This document shows positions 1-9,154 of a DNA stretch of 64,000 nucleotides, in pieces. Source of the DNA: an uncultured Veillonellaceae bacterium (GTDB lineage: Bacteria > Bacillota > Negativicutes > JARBTT01); the NCBI GenBank assembly GCA_963805085.1, contig CAWDTA010000002.1, positions 1,280,001 to 1,344,000 of the forward strand, in the 5' to 3' direction. The notes beneath the pieces were generated by a model, which was given only the letters and a program-made list of their open reading frames with translations, was not told the origin of the DNA and ran no database searches. The number at the start of each line of letters is the position of its first letter. The stretch's first letter is position 1. The position numbers and the translations under genes are program-made.

Positions 1-1
1 T

Positions 2-1195
2 GATATTTTTAAGGTAGTCGAGGATCTTATGAGTAACCGGGTTGCTGGGTTGGGACTTATGATTATGTCAGTAGCTGGTTATGTGCGATTTATGGACAAG
101 ATAGGAGCCAGTAAAGTTTTTGTTAATTTAGGGGTTAAACCGCTAAAATTTGTTCGTTCTCCTTATCTTGTACTTGCATTAGGCTTTTTTGTTGGACAGA
201 TAATGAAAATGGCGATTACCAGTGCGGCTGGTTTAGGTGTACTGTTAATGGGGACTATGTTTCCTATCCTTGTAAGTTTAGGAGCTAGCCGAGCGGCAGC
301 GGCAGCGGTGATTGTTACAACTTCTTGTATTGATCTTGGTCCAGTAGCTGCATCTTCTCAATTGGTGGCTAAAAATGCTGGTATAGAAGCCATGGTGTAT
401 TTCTTGAAATATCAGTTACCAATTGCAGCAATTGTTTTACCGCTTATTGCGATTTTACATTATTTTACGCAGAAATGGTTTGATAAAAAGAGTGGTCACA
501 TAGCAGTTCAGAAAGAAGAAATAAACGAAATTCAACAAGAAGACGACAAGAATTTACCACCAGTCATATATGCTTTATTGCCGATAGTGCCATTAATTCT
601 AATTTTTGTATTTAATCCTGTATTCGGTTCCAAGGCGAAAATGACACTGATTAGCTCAATTTTAATTGGAATGTTTATTAGTATGGTATTTGAGTATATC
701 CGGCATAGAAATGCACAAACGGTGTTTGGCAGTGTGCAAAATTTCTTTGATGGCATGGGAAGTTCCTTTGCATCAGTAGTTACTTTGATTGTGGCAGCTG
801 AAACCTTTTCAACTGGTTTAACTGCCGTTGGAGCAATTCATAACATTATTGAAAAAACAGAAACAGCCGGGCTAGGCTCTTGGGCGATGATTATTGTCAT
901 GCAGGGCGTCATTGCTGGAGCATCATTATTAACAGGCTCAGGAGATGCTTCCCTGTTTTCTTTTGCTGGATTGGCTCCTGCAATAGCTGAACGCATGAAT
1001 ATTGATCCGGCTCACATTTTACTTCCGATGCAGTTTTCTGGTACGATTGCTCGGGCGGTTTCACCGATTTCAGGTGTTTGCGTTGCGGTTGCGGGCCTGG
1101 CAATGGTCTCACCAATTGATATCGTAAAAAGAACAGCCATTCCCATGGCAGGCGCACTATTGGCTACAACGATTGCTAGTTTTCTTTTCTTTTAA
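2..1195 (+). CDS. dcuC: C4-dicarboxylate transporter, DcuC/DcuD family (5'-truncated by window edge)
   Basis: Frame is open from base 2. Polytopic membrane protein with DcuC-type segments GLGLMIMSVAGY..MDKIGAS, SAAGLGVLLM and GSG.A...SF, and C-terminal R.VSPI.G...AVAG....SP...VKRT..P. Confidence 0.8.
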   Translation, partial: DIFKVVEDLMSNRVAGLGLMIMSVAGYVRFMDKIGASKVFVNLGVKPLKFVRSPYLVLALGFFVGQIMKMAITSAAGLGVLLMGTMFPILVSLGASRAAAAAVIVTTSCIDLGPVAASSQLVAKNAGIEAMVYFLKYQLPIAAIVLPLIAILHYFTQKWFDKKSGHIAVQKEEINEIQQEDDKNLPPVIYALLPIVPLILIFVFNPVFGSKAKMTLISSILIGMFISMVFEYIRHRNAQTVFGSVQNFFDGMGSSFASVVTLIVAAETFSTGLTAVGAIHNIIEKTETAGLGSWAMIIVMQGVIAGASLLTGSGDASLFSFAGLAPAIAERMNIDPAHILLPMQFSGTIARAVSPISGVCVAVAGLAMVSPIDIVKRTAIPMAGALLATTIASFLFF

Positions 1196-1378
1196 TAAGT
1201 ATTTTATACCATAGTTTAAGGGGGCAATACGCAATAAACGAGTTTTAGTTTTTTCACTTATTAAGATAATTTACAGTACTTAGTCAAATATCTTCTAAAC
1301 AATAACTTAATCAAAGATGAGAGAAATATCTAGGTTAGTGTTAAGTAAAAAGAGATATTAGAGTTGGAGGGTTTTTAC

Positions 1379-2299
1379 ATGAAAAACAAACTTTTTAAGG
1401 TATATATGGTTGTTATTTGTCTTTTCATTCTGCTACAGGCAGCAGTCGGGTGCGCCGCTAGCCCGCAAAAAGCTGCATCATTAGATGTTGGGGCAGGAAT
1501 GTTTACTATGCCGGAAACTACAGGTGCAAACAAAGATGATCTTCAGGTCTTTTATTATCGTCCAGCCGGCTGGACTCCGGACAAGCCAGTTGTTATTGTA
1601 CAGCATGGCATACAGCGTAATGCAGAAGAGTATCGTGATGGCTGGAAGACATATGCAGATCAGTATAATTTATTAGTAGTATGCCCACAATACTCCGAAG
1701 CAAAGTACCCGGGGGTGCGTTACTATAATACAGGGAATGTATCGGATTCCGATGATAATACAGGAAATTTACAGCCAAAAGACCAATGGATATTTCCAGT
1801 AATTAATCATGTAATTGATGAAGTACGGATACGTTCGGGAGCTAAGAGCAACAACTTTACGGTATTCGGACATTCGGCTGGGGCTCAGTTCGTCCACAGA
1901 TATGTACTTTTTGGTGGGCAAACAAAGGCACAGAGAATCATTTCTGCTAATGCCGGTTGGTACTCGATGCCAGATACAAATGTGGCATTTCCCTATGGCA
2001 TTAAAAATATGTCCATGAGCAACGAAGATTTGGCACAAGCATTTGCGAAACCAGTGACAATTTTATTAGGTGAGCAAGATATTAAGAGAAGTAAGGTACT
2101 TCGTAAAACTCCACAGGCAGATGCACAAGGGGCGAACCGTTTTGAACGGGGGAACCAATTCTTTGAGAAATCAAAAGCAAAAGCAGCAGAATTGGGCGTG
2201 CCATTCAACTGGAATTTAATTACGGTGCCGGGTGTTGGGCATGATGATGTTGGAATGGCAGCAGCGGCAGCAAAATTGATTGCCGAGGGAGCATTATAA
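1379..2299 (+). CDS. Secreted alpha/beta-fold hydrolase (esterase/depolymerase-like)
   Basis: GGAGG RBS before ATG 1379. N-terminal signal peptide, HG oxyanion motif, GHSAG nucleophile elbow and C-terminal GVGH catalytic His. Confidence 0.75.
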   Translation: MKNKLFKVYMVVICLFILLQAAVGCAASPQKAASLDVGAGMFTMPETTGANKDDLQVFYYRPAGWTPDKPVVIVQHGIQRNAEEYRDGWKTYADQYNLLVVCPQYSEAKYPGVRYYNTGNVSDSDDNTGNLQPKDQWIFPVINHVIDEVRIRSGAKSNNFTVFGHSAGAQFVHRYVLFGGQTKAQRIISANAGWYSMPDTNVAFPYGIKNMSMSNEDLAQAFAKPVTILLGEQDIKRSKVLRKTPQADAQGANRFERGNQFFEKSKAKAAELGVPFNWNLITVPGVGHDDVGMAAAAAKLIAEGAL

Positions 2300-2450
2300 T
2301 TATTAAGTTATGACTTAGAGAGAAAGTACGTTTTTTAATAAATGTTTCTCTTAAATTGCAATTCGTAAATTACTATCAAAAGAAACTGCATGTAAGTATT
2401 GAGATACGTTCTTTTACTGTAAAGGCGTATGGTTATAGTAGTTCGGATAT

Positions 2451-2502
2451 AAATAAAAAATGACTTGAAGTTTATAGTTGAACTTCAAGTCATTTTTTAT
2501 TT
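2451..2502. terminator. Bidirectional intrinsic terminator between convergent hydrolase and MFS genes
   Basis: Perfect 22-bp inverted repeat aaataaaaaatgacttgaagtt / aacttcaagtcattttttattt. Confidence 0.8.
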
Positions 2503-2547
2503 AATCATATCTCGTTGATTGTATACTTAGAAATTAATTCTTGTAAA

Positions 2548-3735
2548 TTACTTGCTTCTTTCAGTGAAATAATATATTAATGCTAGAACTGGCATACTTA
2601 GGCCAAGCATAGATGCAAACATCCAGCCACCATATGCATATGACCAGCCACCTACTGCAGAGCCAATTGCTCCGCCGATAAAGAAAACGGCCATGAATAC
2701 TCCATTTACTCGCCCACGTATTTCATTGCCTAGTGAATAAATCGCACGCTGACCAAGAACCAGGTTACCAGACACCGCCATGTCTAAAGTAATGGCGGCA
2801 ATGACAAGCATCGTTAAAGCGACGGCTGAAGAATCTTCAACTATATGCGTAAGCAAAAAAGACAGAATCGCAATGACAATGGCCAAGCCTGTCAATCGTT
2901 TGGTCCAGCCCTTATCAGCCAATCTTCCAGCGATAGGAGCAGCTATGGCGCCGGCCACGCCTGCAAGGGAGAATAAGGCAATGCCCTGTTGTGATAAATG
3001 GAAATGACTAGCCAGAAATAAGGGGATTACTGTCCAAAATAGACTGAAAGAACCAAACAACGAGGCTTGATAGAATGCACGACGGCGTAACACAGCTTGA
3101 GTTTTAAAAAGTGACCATAAAGAACAAATTAAATCACCATACTTCATCGTATGTGAAAGGCGCCGCTCGGGAAGTAAAAAAGCTAACATTACTGCCAATA
3201 TGGCCGTAATGACGGCCGAGAAAATAAAAATTGCCTGCCAACCCCAAAGGTCAGCAACTAAGCTTGATATTGGACGGGCAAGCATGATGCCGAGCAATAA
3301 ACCGCTCATTACATTACCTACCACTTGACCACGCTGCTCTTCTGTTGCTAAATGGGCTGCATAGGGTACCAGGATTTGCGTTGCTACGGAACCTAGCCCG
3401 ATAAGCATTGCCGCTATAAGAAAAAGCAATGCATTATGCGTAAAGGCTGATGCAAATAATGCACAAATCACAACCACTAATGTGGATAAGACTAGCCGCC
3501 GATTTTCGACAAGATCGCAAAGGGGAACAATAAATAATAAGCCAGCAACATAGCCGATTTGCGTTAGTGTTACGATTAATCCTGCTGAGGCTAAAGGAAG
3601 ATGTGTATCGATACTGATAGGGCCAACTAAAGGCTGCGCATAATAAAGATTAGCAACAATGACGCCAGAGGCAATTGCTAGTAGAAGTGTAATCCAGTTT
3701 GGAACTTGTTTGGTTTTTGGCTGTACTGTATTCAT
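2548..3735 (-). CDS. MFS transporter (putative efflux)
   Basis: About 12 TM segments. Motifs VANLYYAQPL, TQIGY..GLLFIVPL.D..E.RRL and G...G.VMSGLLLGIMLAR. Confidence 0.9.
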   Translation of the reverse strand: MNTVQPKTKQVPNWITLLLAIASGVIVANLYYAQPLVGPISIDTHLPLASAGLIVTLTQIGYVAGLLFIVPLCDLVENRRLVLSTLVVVICALFASAFTHNALLFLIAAMLIGLGSVATQILVPYAAHLATEEQRGQVVGNVMSGLLLGIMLARPISSLVADLWGWQAIFIFSAVITAILAVMLAFLLPERRLSHTMKYGDLICSLWSLFKTQAVLRRRAFYQASLFGSFSLFWTVIPLFLASHFHLSQQGIALFSLAGVAGAIAAPIAGRLADKGWTKRLTGLAIVIAILSFLLTHIVEDSSAVALTMLVIAAITLDMAVSGNLVLGQRAIYSLGNEIRGRVNGVFMAVFFIGGAIGSAVGGWSYAYGGWMFASMLGLSMPVLALIYYFTERSK

Positions 3736-3775
3736 AAAATATCCCTGCCTTAACTTTGATTTTCAATTGCAATAT

Positions 3776-3833
3776 AAATACTAAACGTTTAGTTCACTTA
3801 TTAATTGAATTATAAACTAAACGTTTAGTATTT
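3776..3833. promoter_or_regulatory. Two perfect palindromic TetR-family operators ACTAAACGTTTAGT (3780-3793, 3816-3829)
   Basis: Identical 14-bp palindromes 36 bp apart in the divergent MFS/TetR intergenic region. Confidence 0.8.
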
Positions 3834-3918
3834 GTAAAGTATTTTATTTTCTTATAAGAAAATATTTAGTATAATGTACGTATAGTTTTAATTAAGAGAA
3901 ATACACAGGAGGGGTTTT

Positions 3919-4500
3919 TTGGAAAAGAAAAAAGGGCGTCCTCGTAACGTCGAAACGGAAAAAGCGATTCTTGCTGCTTCTTATGATTTATTGCTAGAGG
4001 CTGGCTTTGGGACTGTAACTGTTGAAAAAATTGCTGAACGTGCCAAGGTGAGTAAAGCCACCATTTATAAATGGTGGCCAAATAAAGCTGCAGTTGTTAT
4101 GGATGGATTTCTATCTGCGGCGATGTCTAGGCTTCCCGTACCGGATACAGGTTCTGTTGTTAATGATATCATCATTCAGGCTAGCAATTTAGCCAAATTT
4201 CTGACTAGCCGAGAAGGTAAGGTAATCAATGAAATAATTGGAGAAGGACAATTTGATTTAAAGCTAGCAGCAGAATATCGATTAAGGTATTTTAATCCTC
4301 GGCGGCTTGATTCAAGGCGGATTTTAGAACGAGGTGTGCAAAGAGGCGAGCTAAAGGAAGAGTTGGATCTTGAATTGTGCATTGACTTAATTTATGGTCC
4401 GATTTTCTATCGTTTGTTAGTAACTGGTGAAAACCTAGAGGAAGATTTTATTAGAGTTTTAATAAATTATGCTTTTGAAGGTATTCAATTAAAAAGATAA
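3919..4500 (+). CDS. TetR/AcrR family transcriptional regulator
   Basis: GRPR...IL.A...LL.E.GF...TVEKIAERAKVSKATIYKWWPNK HTH. AGGAGG RBS before TTG. Confidence 0.93.
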   Translation: MEKKKGRPRNVETEKAILAASYDLLLEAGFGTVTVEKIAERAKVSKATIYKWWPNKAAVVMDGFLSAAMSRLPVPDTGSVVNDIIIQASNLAKFLTSREGKVINEIIGEGQFDLKLAAEYRLRYFNPRRLDSRRILERGVQRGELKEELDLELCIDLIYGPIFYRLLVTGENLEEDFIRVLINYAFEGIQLKR

Positions 4501-4537
4501 TATAGAAATGGATGATAGGTGTCTTACCTTTACCTAC

Positions 4538-4577
4538 AAAAAAACTGCCATAAACTTAAGTTTATAGCAGTTTTTTT
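4538..4577. terminator. Bidirectional terminator after tetR
   Basis: aaaaaaactgccataaac-ttaa-gtttatagcagttttttt hairpin. Confidence 0.7.
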
Positions 4578-4598
4578 ATGGATAAGATAGTATTTATA

Positions 4599-4720
4599 AA
4601 AACAGATGGTATTTAAATTATAGGCTGGATTTATTTCAATGTTATAGTATCGCGTATGATTTTTAATAGAGCAGTCTTTAAAATACGTGGTTGATACTTT
4701 CGGTGGGGCAAACAACCTGT
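4599..4720 (+). repeat. ~122-bp direct repeat, copy 1 (flanks usp)
   Basis: Colinear with 5276-5397 at roughly 84% identity by eye. Identical 37-bp core taaattataggctggatttatttcaatgttatagtat. Confidence 0.9.
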
Positions 4721-4738
4721 CACCATGTTCCTGCGCTT

Positions 4739-5167
4739 TTATTTACAAATCATTACTGGAATTTTGATTTGGTTTAATACTTCCTGACTTACAGAACCCA
4801 AGACGATAGATTTTATTTTGCCTAATCCGCGTGAACCCATGATAAGAAGGTCTGCATCTATTTCATTTGCATAAGTTAAGATGGTTTTTGCTGGATGGCC
4901 ATATAAAATACGACTATACGATGAAATTTCTTGAGGAACTTTTTGCATTGTAGACTGTATAATTGATTGTGCGATTTGATCATTTGCGGCCAGAACATCA
5001 TCAACAAGGTACACGTCGTCTCCCGCTGTATGTATCGCTTTTACGTGAAGAAAATATATTGCTGCTGCAAATTTTTCCGCTATTTGTATAGCTGATAAAA
5101 CAGCCTGTGATGAATGCGTTGATCCATCAATTGGAACAAGAATACGTTGAATAAATTCTTTTTTCAT
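4739..5167 (-). CDS. Universal stress protein (UspA family)
   Basis: ILVPIDGS..S..A, G.P...IL..A....ADLLIMGSRGLG......LGSVS..VL....PV motifs. Confidence 0.95.
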   Translation of the reverse strand: MKKEFIQRILVPIDGSTHSSQAVLSAIQIAEKFAAAIYFLHVKAIHTAGDDVYLVDDVLAANDQIAQSIIQSTMQKVPQEISSYSRILYGHPAKTILTYANEIDADLLIMGSRGLGKIKSIVLGSVSQEVLNQIKIPVMICK

Positions 5168-5275
5168 TCTTAACCCCCCTTAAGAGTTCTTCTTTCATTT
5201 TAGTATAGTACACAAATATGTATAAGTAAAATCTGGATTTTATGAGGAAATGGGACAAGATGCTTGTCCCATTTG

Positions 5276-5397
5276 AAAACAGAGAGTATCTAAATTATAG
5301 GCTGGATTTATTTCAATGTTATAGTATTGAGTATAGTTTTTTATAGAGTAGTTCTTAAAATGTGTGGTTGATATTTTCGTTGGGACAGATAACCTGC
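5276..5397 (+). repeat. ~122-bp direct repeat, copy 2, preceded by palindrome aaatgggacaag-atg-cttgtcccattt (5248-5274)
   Basis: Offset 677 bp from copy 1, with no indels. Confidence 0.9.
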
Positions 5398-5486
5398 CGT
5401 GTGCCACGAACTAGTAAAGTATTATCAAAAGAAGCTAGATCTAACTGGTGATTCTAGCTAGTGTATGGAAACGATATAAATGAAGA

Positions 5487-5690
5487 AAATAACTGCTATG
5501 AACTTAGGGGTGTAGCAGTTGTTTTTTGCCTGAAAACAGATGCTCTCCAACAAAAATAGCAAGTCGGCAAGAGACGAATCTCGAGTTAGTGCTAGGTTCA
5601 AAGTTCGCAATGAAGGCTAAACTCCCTGCGGTCAGAGAGAAAGCCTTCAAAGCTAATTGATGGTAGGATTCGTCTGTGTTGCCTTGATTG
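5487..5690. ncRNA. Candidate structured ncRNA (long rod with internal loops) next to a terminator hairpin at 5487-5527
   Basis: Nested complementarity: ggcaa.gagacgaatc / gattcgtct..ttgcc, tgaaggct / agccttca, ctccctg / cagagag. GC-richer than the flanks. Strand not resolved. Confidence 0.4.
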
Positions 5691-5743
5691 AAAAATTTTC
5701 TTATGTAAAGCATCTATTTATGCCTATAATTTTTATTTGATAA

Positions 5744-5833
5744 TTGAATTCTTTGCTTAAACAATATATAATAAATGTAAATAATAATAAACAATTAAAA
5801 ACAATAATAAACGATAAAAACAATAAAAACAAG
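5744..5833 (+). promoter_or_regulatory. SigmaA promoter of the GRE operon with downstream phased direct-repeat (DeoR-type) operator
   Basis: TTGAAT(5744-49)-17 bp-TATAAT(5767-72). AAACAAT-like repeats at 5779, 5789, 5799, 5809, 5818 and 5827. Confidence 0.7.
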
Positions 5834-5850
5834 CAAAGGGGAGTTATATC

Positions 5851-8208
5851 ATGAACGATTTATATATGTCTCCACGGATTTTTAAATTGAAGGATAAAAT
5901 GTTATCTGATAAGCGGTTTGCGTCGATTGAGCAGGCGATGATTATTACGGATACGTATAGAGAGAATGAAGATAAGCCTGTGATTATCAAACGGGCATTG
6001 GCGTTGAAAAATGCTTTAAGTAAAATGGAAATTGCCGTGGAGCCAGGTGAGATCATTGTTGGCAATCGTACGAGGGGGGTACGGGCTGGGGTGGTGTTTC
6101 CTGAGAGTGGCAGTTCATGGATTGATCGTGAAATAGAAGGATTGCCAACGCGTCCACAAGATCGGTTTGAGGTACGGTCAGAAGACGTTGCGACGTTTCG
6201 TGAGGTAATCAAGCCATATTGGCAAGGAAAATCATTAGAAGATGTGATTCGGAATCGTTTTGGCAGCGAGATCGACGAGATTGCTAAAGTGGTAAAAATC
6301 AATCAAAAAGACCATGCGCAAGGGCATATTTGTCCAGATTGTGAAGGGTGGCTATCACAGGGGCCAGCGGGGATTAAGGCGAGAGCAGCAGAAAAACTAA
6401 AACATGCTACCGCTCAATCCAAGGATTTTTATCAGAGTGTTATCCTTGTCATGGATGGGGTACAAGGGTTTATGCTGCGCTATCATGACCTTCTGCTCAA
6501 AATGGCAACGAACTGTGAGGATGCAGAGCAGAAAGAAGAACTGAAAAATGTGGCAGTGATTTGCAAAAATTTAGCGCATCGTTCGCCGGAAACGTTTCAT
6601 GAAGCAGTACAAGCGTTATGGTTTTTATTTGTGGTATTGCATATGGAATCCAATGCTTCTTCCTTTTCACCGGGCAGAATGGATCAGTTTTTGTATCCGT
6701 TCTATAAAAAAGATCGTGAAAACGGAATTTTAGATCAACAAAAAGCACTAGAAATCATCGAATGCATTTGGCTGAAATTTAATGAAATCGTTTATTTGCG
6801 CAATTCGCATAGCGCAAAGTTTTTTGCTGGTTTCCCGATTGGGTTCAATATCGCCATTGGCGGACAAGATGAACAGGGGAACGATTACGTCAATGAACTA
6901 TCCTTCTTGCTGCTAAAAGCGCAAGAACACCTTGGTTTGCCACAGCCGAATTTATCGGTGCGGTTAAATAAAAATACCTCTGAGGCGTTATTGAAAGAGA
7001 GTATTAAAGTAGTGGCTAAGGGCAGTGGGATGCCACAATTCTTTAATGATGAAGCAATTGTCAAAACAATGATTGAAAAGCTCGATATCACCAGAGAAGA
7101 TGCGCTTGATTATGCTATTGTTGGTTGTGTCGAACTTACCACGCAAGGCAATAGCCTTGGGTGGAGCGATGCGGCGATGTTCAATTTAAATAAAACGTTA
7201 GAAGTGACGTTGACTGGTGGTAAGTGTTTATTAACGGGCGAAAAAATTTCGCCAGATTATGGGAATTTATGCACGTATGAGACCTATGAAGCATTAGAAA
7301 CTGCGTTTGCTAAACAAATTGATTATTTTATGGACAAAATGGTGCTAGCTTGTGAACAAGTAGAAAAAGCCCATATCGATGTATTGCCATCGCCATTTTT
7401 ATCTTCGGTCATCCATGATTGTATCGAGAAAGGAGTGGATGTTACCGCTGGTGGCGCGCATTATAATTTCTCGGGGATTCAAATGATTCAAGTGGCAAAT
7501 CTCGCCGATAGTTTGGCGGCGATAAAACAATTGGTTTATGAGGAAAAACGTGTGGATAAGGAGCAGTTATTAGCCGCGTTAGAATGCAATTTTGACGGCT
7601 ATGCTGTAATCAAAGCATTGCTTCTAAATAAAGTGCCGAAGTATGGCAACGATGTAACTTGGGTAGATGAATTGGGGGCAAAATGGGCCCGCTATTTCCA
7701 TGGAAAAATATCAAGCTATACAAATTATCGTGGCGGCAAATATCATACGGGGATGTACACGGTTTCAGCGCATGTACCGATGGGTGAAAATGTTGGAGCA
7801 TCGCCAGATGGTCGCTCGGCAAAAGCACCACTTGCGGATGGCGGAATGTCGCCTGTGTATGGCAGAGATCTTGCTGGACCGACGGCAGTGCTAAAATCAG
7901 TAGCCCGTTTAGATAATCAATTGACGACCAATGGTGGTCTATTAAATATGAAATTTTTACCGGAGTTTTTTGCTACGGAGCGAGGCGTTGATAAGTTCGC
8001 TAAGTTTCTGCGTGCTTTTGTTGATTTAGAAATACCGCATATTCAGTTCAATGTCCTCAGGCGTGAAGATTTGCTGGCGGCGCAAAAAGATCCAGAAAAA
8101 TACCGCAGTTTAACTGTTCGGGTGGCAGGTTATACTGCGTATTTCACGGAACTGGCTGGTGAATTGCAAAATGAAATCATTGCGCGTACGAGCTATGGTG
8201 ATATTTGA
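5851..8208 (+). CDS. Glycyl radical enzyme, PflD-like (not a true pyruvate formate-lyase)
   Basis: RVAGY glycine-radical loop and single-Cys GCVE loop. Shares PTRPQDRF, QGHI, ESNASS, FAGFP, LPQPNL and YTVSAHVP blocks with E. coli PflD as recalled. Confidence 0.9.
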   Translation: MNDLYMSPRIFKLKDKMLSDKRFASIEQAMIITDTYRENEDKPVIIKRALALKNALSKMEIAVEPGEIIVGNRTRGVRAGVVFPESGSSWIDREIEGLPTRPQDRFEVRSEDVATFREVIKPYWQGKSLEDVIRNRFGSEIDEIAKVVKINQKDHAQGHICPDCEGWLSQGPAGIKARAAEKLKHATAQSKDFYQSVILVMDGVQGFMLRYHDLLLKMATNCEDAEQKEELKNVAVICKNLAHRSPETFHEAVQALWFLFVVLHMESNASSFSPGRMDQFLYPFYKKDRENGILDQQKALEIIECIWLKFNEIVYLRNSHSAKFFAGFPIGFNIAIGGQDEQGNDYVNELSFLLLKAQEHLGLPQPNLSVRLNKNTSEALLKESIKVVAKGSGMPQFFNDEAIVKTMIEKLDITREDALDYAIVGCVELTTQGNSLGWSDAAMFNLNKTLEVTLTGGKCLLTGEKISPDYGNLCTYETYEALETAFAKQIDYFMDKMVLACEQVEKAHIDVLPSPFLSSVIHDCIEKGVDVTAGGAHYNFSGIQMIQVANLADSLAAIKQLVYEEKRVDKEQLLAALECNFDGYAVIKALLLNKVPKYGNDVTWVDELGAKWARYFHGKISSYTNYRGGKYHTGMYTVSAHVPMGENVGASPDGRSAKAPLADGGMSPVYGRDLAGPTAVLKSVARLDNQLTTNGGLLNMKFLPEFFATERGVDKFAKFLRAFVDLEIPHIQFNVLRREDLLAAQKDPEKYRSLTVRVAGYTAYFTELAGELQNEIIARTSYGDI

Positions 8209-9131
8209 TGACAACGTTAAAGGGAACGATATTTGACATCAGGAGATTTTCTACCCATGATGGGGACGGTATTAGGACGACTGTATTTTTGAAAGGTTGC
8301 CCATTAAAATGTGTATGGTGTCAAAATCCCAAAGGGATTGAGAGAGAAACGAGTCTTGTTCACTTTTCGAATCGATGTATTGGTTGTGGCTTATGTGCGA
8401 GTATCAGCGTAGATGGTGATATTACGATAAAAGATCAACTGCCAGTGCTGCATAACAGCCAAGCAAAGCAGTGGCAGGAGTATGTAACGATTTGTCCAAC
8501 CAATGCGTTGGTAATGGATAGTAAACAGTACACAGTTGCTGAAGTAATCGAAATTGTCTTACGTGATCAACCATTTTTTCAATATGGCGGGGGTGTTACT
8601 TTGTCGGGCGGTGAGCCACTATTGCAAAAGGAGTTTACGCTCGCACTATTAAAAGCACTTAAACAAAAGGCTGTGCATACGGCAGTAGAAACTTCATTAT
8701 GTGTAGATCAAGCGTATCTGCTACAGATCCTGCCCTATATTGATACCTTATTTGCTGATTTTAAGGTATTTGATGATGGCGCTCATAAGCGGGCGACGGG
8801 AATTGATAATGGGCTGATTAAGGATAATATTGCAATGGTATTAACCTCTGCGTATTGCGATCGTGTGATCATTCGCACGCCACTGATTCCGCAGTACACG
8901 GCAACAAAGGAAAATATTGCGGCGATTTGTCAGTATATCGCTAAGTTGTATCCGCAGGTAACCTATGAACTACTCAACTATAATCCATTGGCACAGGCGA
9001 AATATAAACAGGTGGGGATCGAGTACTGCTTTAAGGAAAATCCGAAGCTGTTTACAAAAGAAGAAATGCAGGAGTTTCAATGGATTGCGCAAGACGCTGG
9101 GATCATAAACTTGCTAAAAGATGACGAATAA
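8208..9131 (+). CDS. Glycyl-radical enzyme activating protein (radical SAM)
   Basis: HDGDGIRTTVFLKGCPLKCVWCQNP (CX3CX2C), ferredoxin-like insert CIGCGLC...CP and GGGVTLSGGEP. TGATG overlap with the GRE stop. Confidence 0.93.
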   Translation: MTTLKGTIFDIRRFSTHDGDGIRTTVFLKGCPLKCVWCQNPKGIERETSLVHFSNRCIGCGLCASISVDGDITIKDQLPVLHNSQAKQWQEYVTICPTNALVMDSKQYTVAEVIEIVLRDQPFFQYGGGVTLSGGEPLLQKEFTLALLKALKQKAVHTAVETSLCVDQAYLLQILPYIDTLFADFKVFDDGAHKRATGIDNGLIKDNIAMVLTSAYCDRVIIRTPLIPQYTATKENIAAICQYIAKLYPQVTYELLNYNPLAQAKYKQVGIEYCFKENPKLFTKEEMQEFQWIAQDAGIINLLKDDE

Positions 9132-9154
9132 ATAAAGTTGAAAGAGATGAAAAG

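Noticed and set aside
5521-5560. Glycine riboswitch (minus strand ggagag...tcaggcaaaa)
   Set aside because: It lacks the conserved CCGAAG core and tandem aptamer, and there is no glycine-related downstream gene.
5504-5713. 69-aa minus-strand ORF
   Set aside because: No RBS or recognisable motifs, and it coincides with the structured non-coding segment.
5779-5833. CRISPR or microsatellite array
   Set aside because: Units are 9-10 bp with no spacers, and there are no cas genes. Better explained as an operator.
5851-8208. Pyruvate formate-lyase (pflB) or choline TMA-lyase (cutC)
   Set aside because: There is no adjacent Cys-Cys pair as in PFL. The loop is GCVEL rather than GCVEP, and there are no microcompartment genes.
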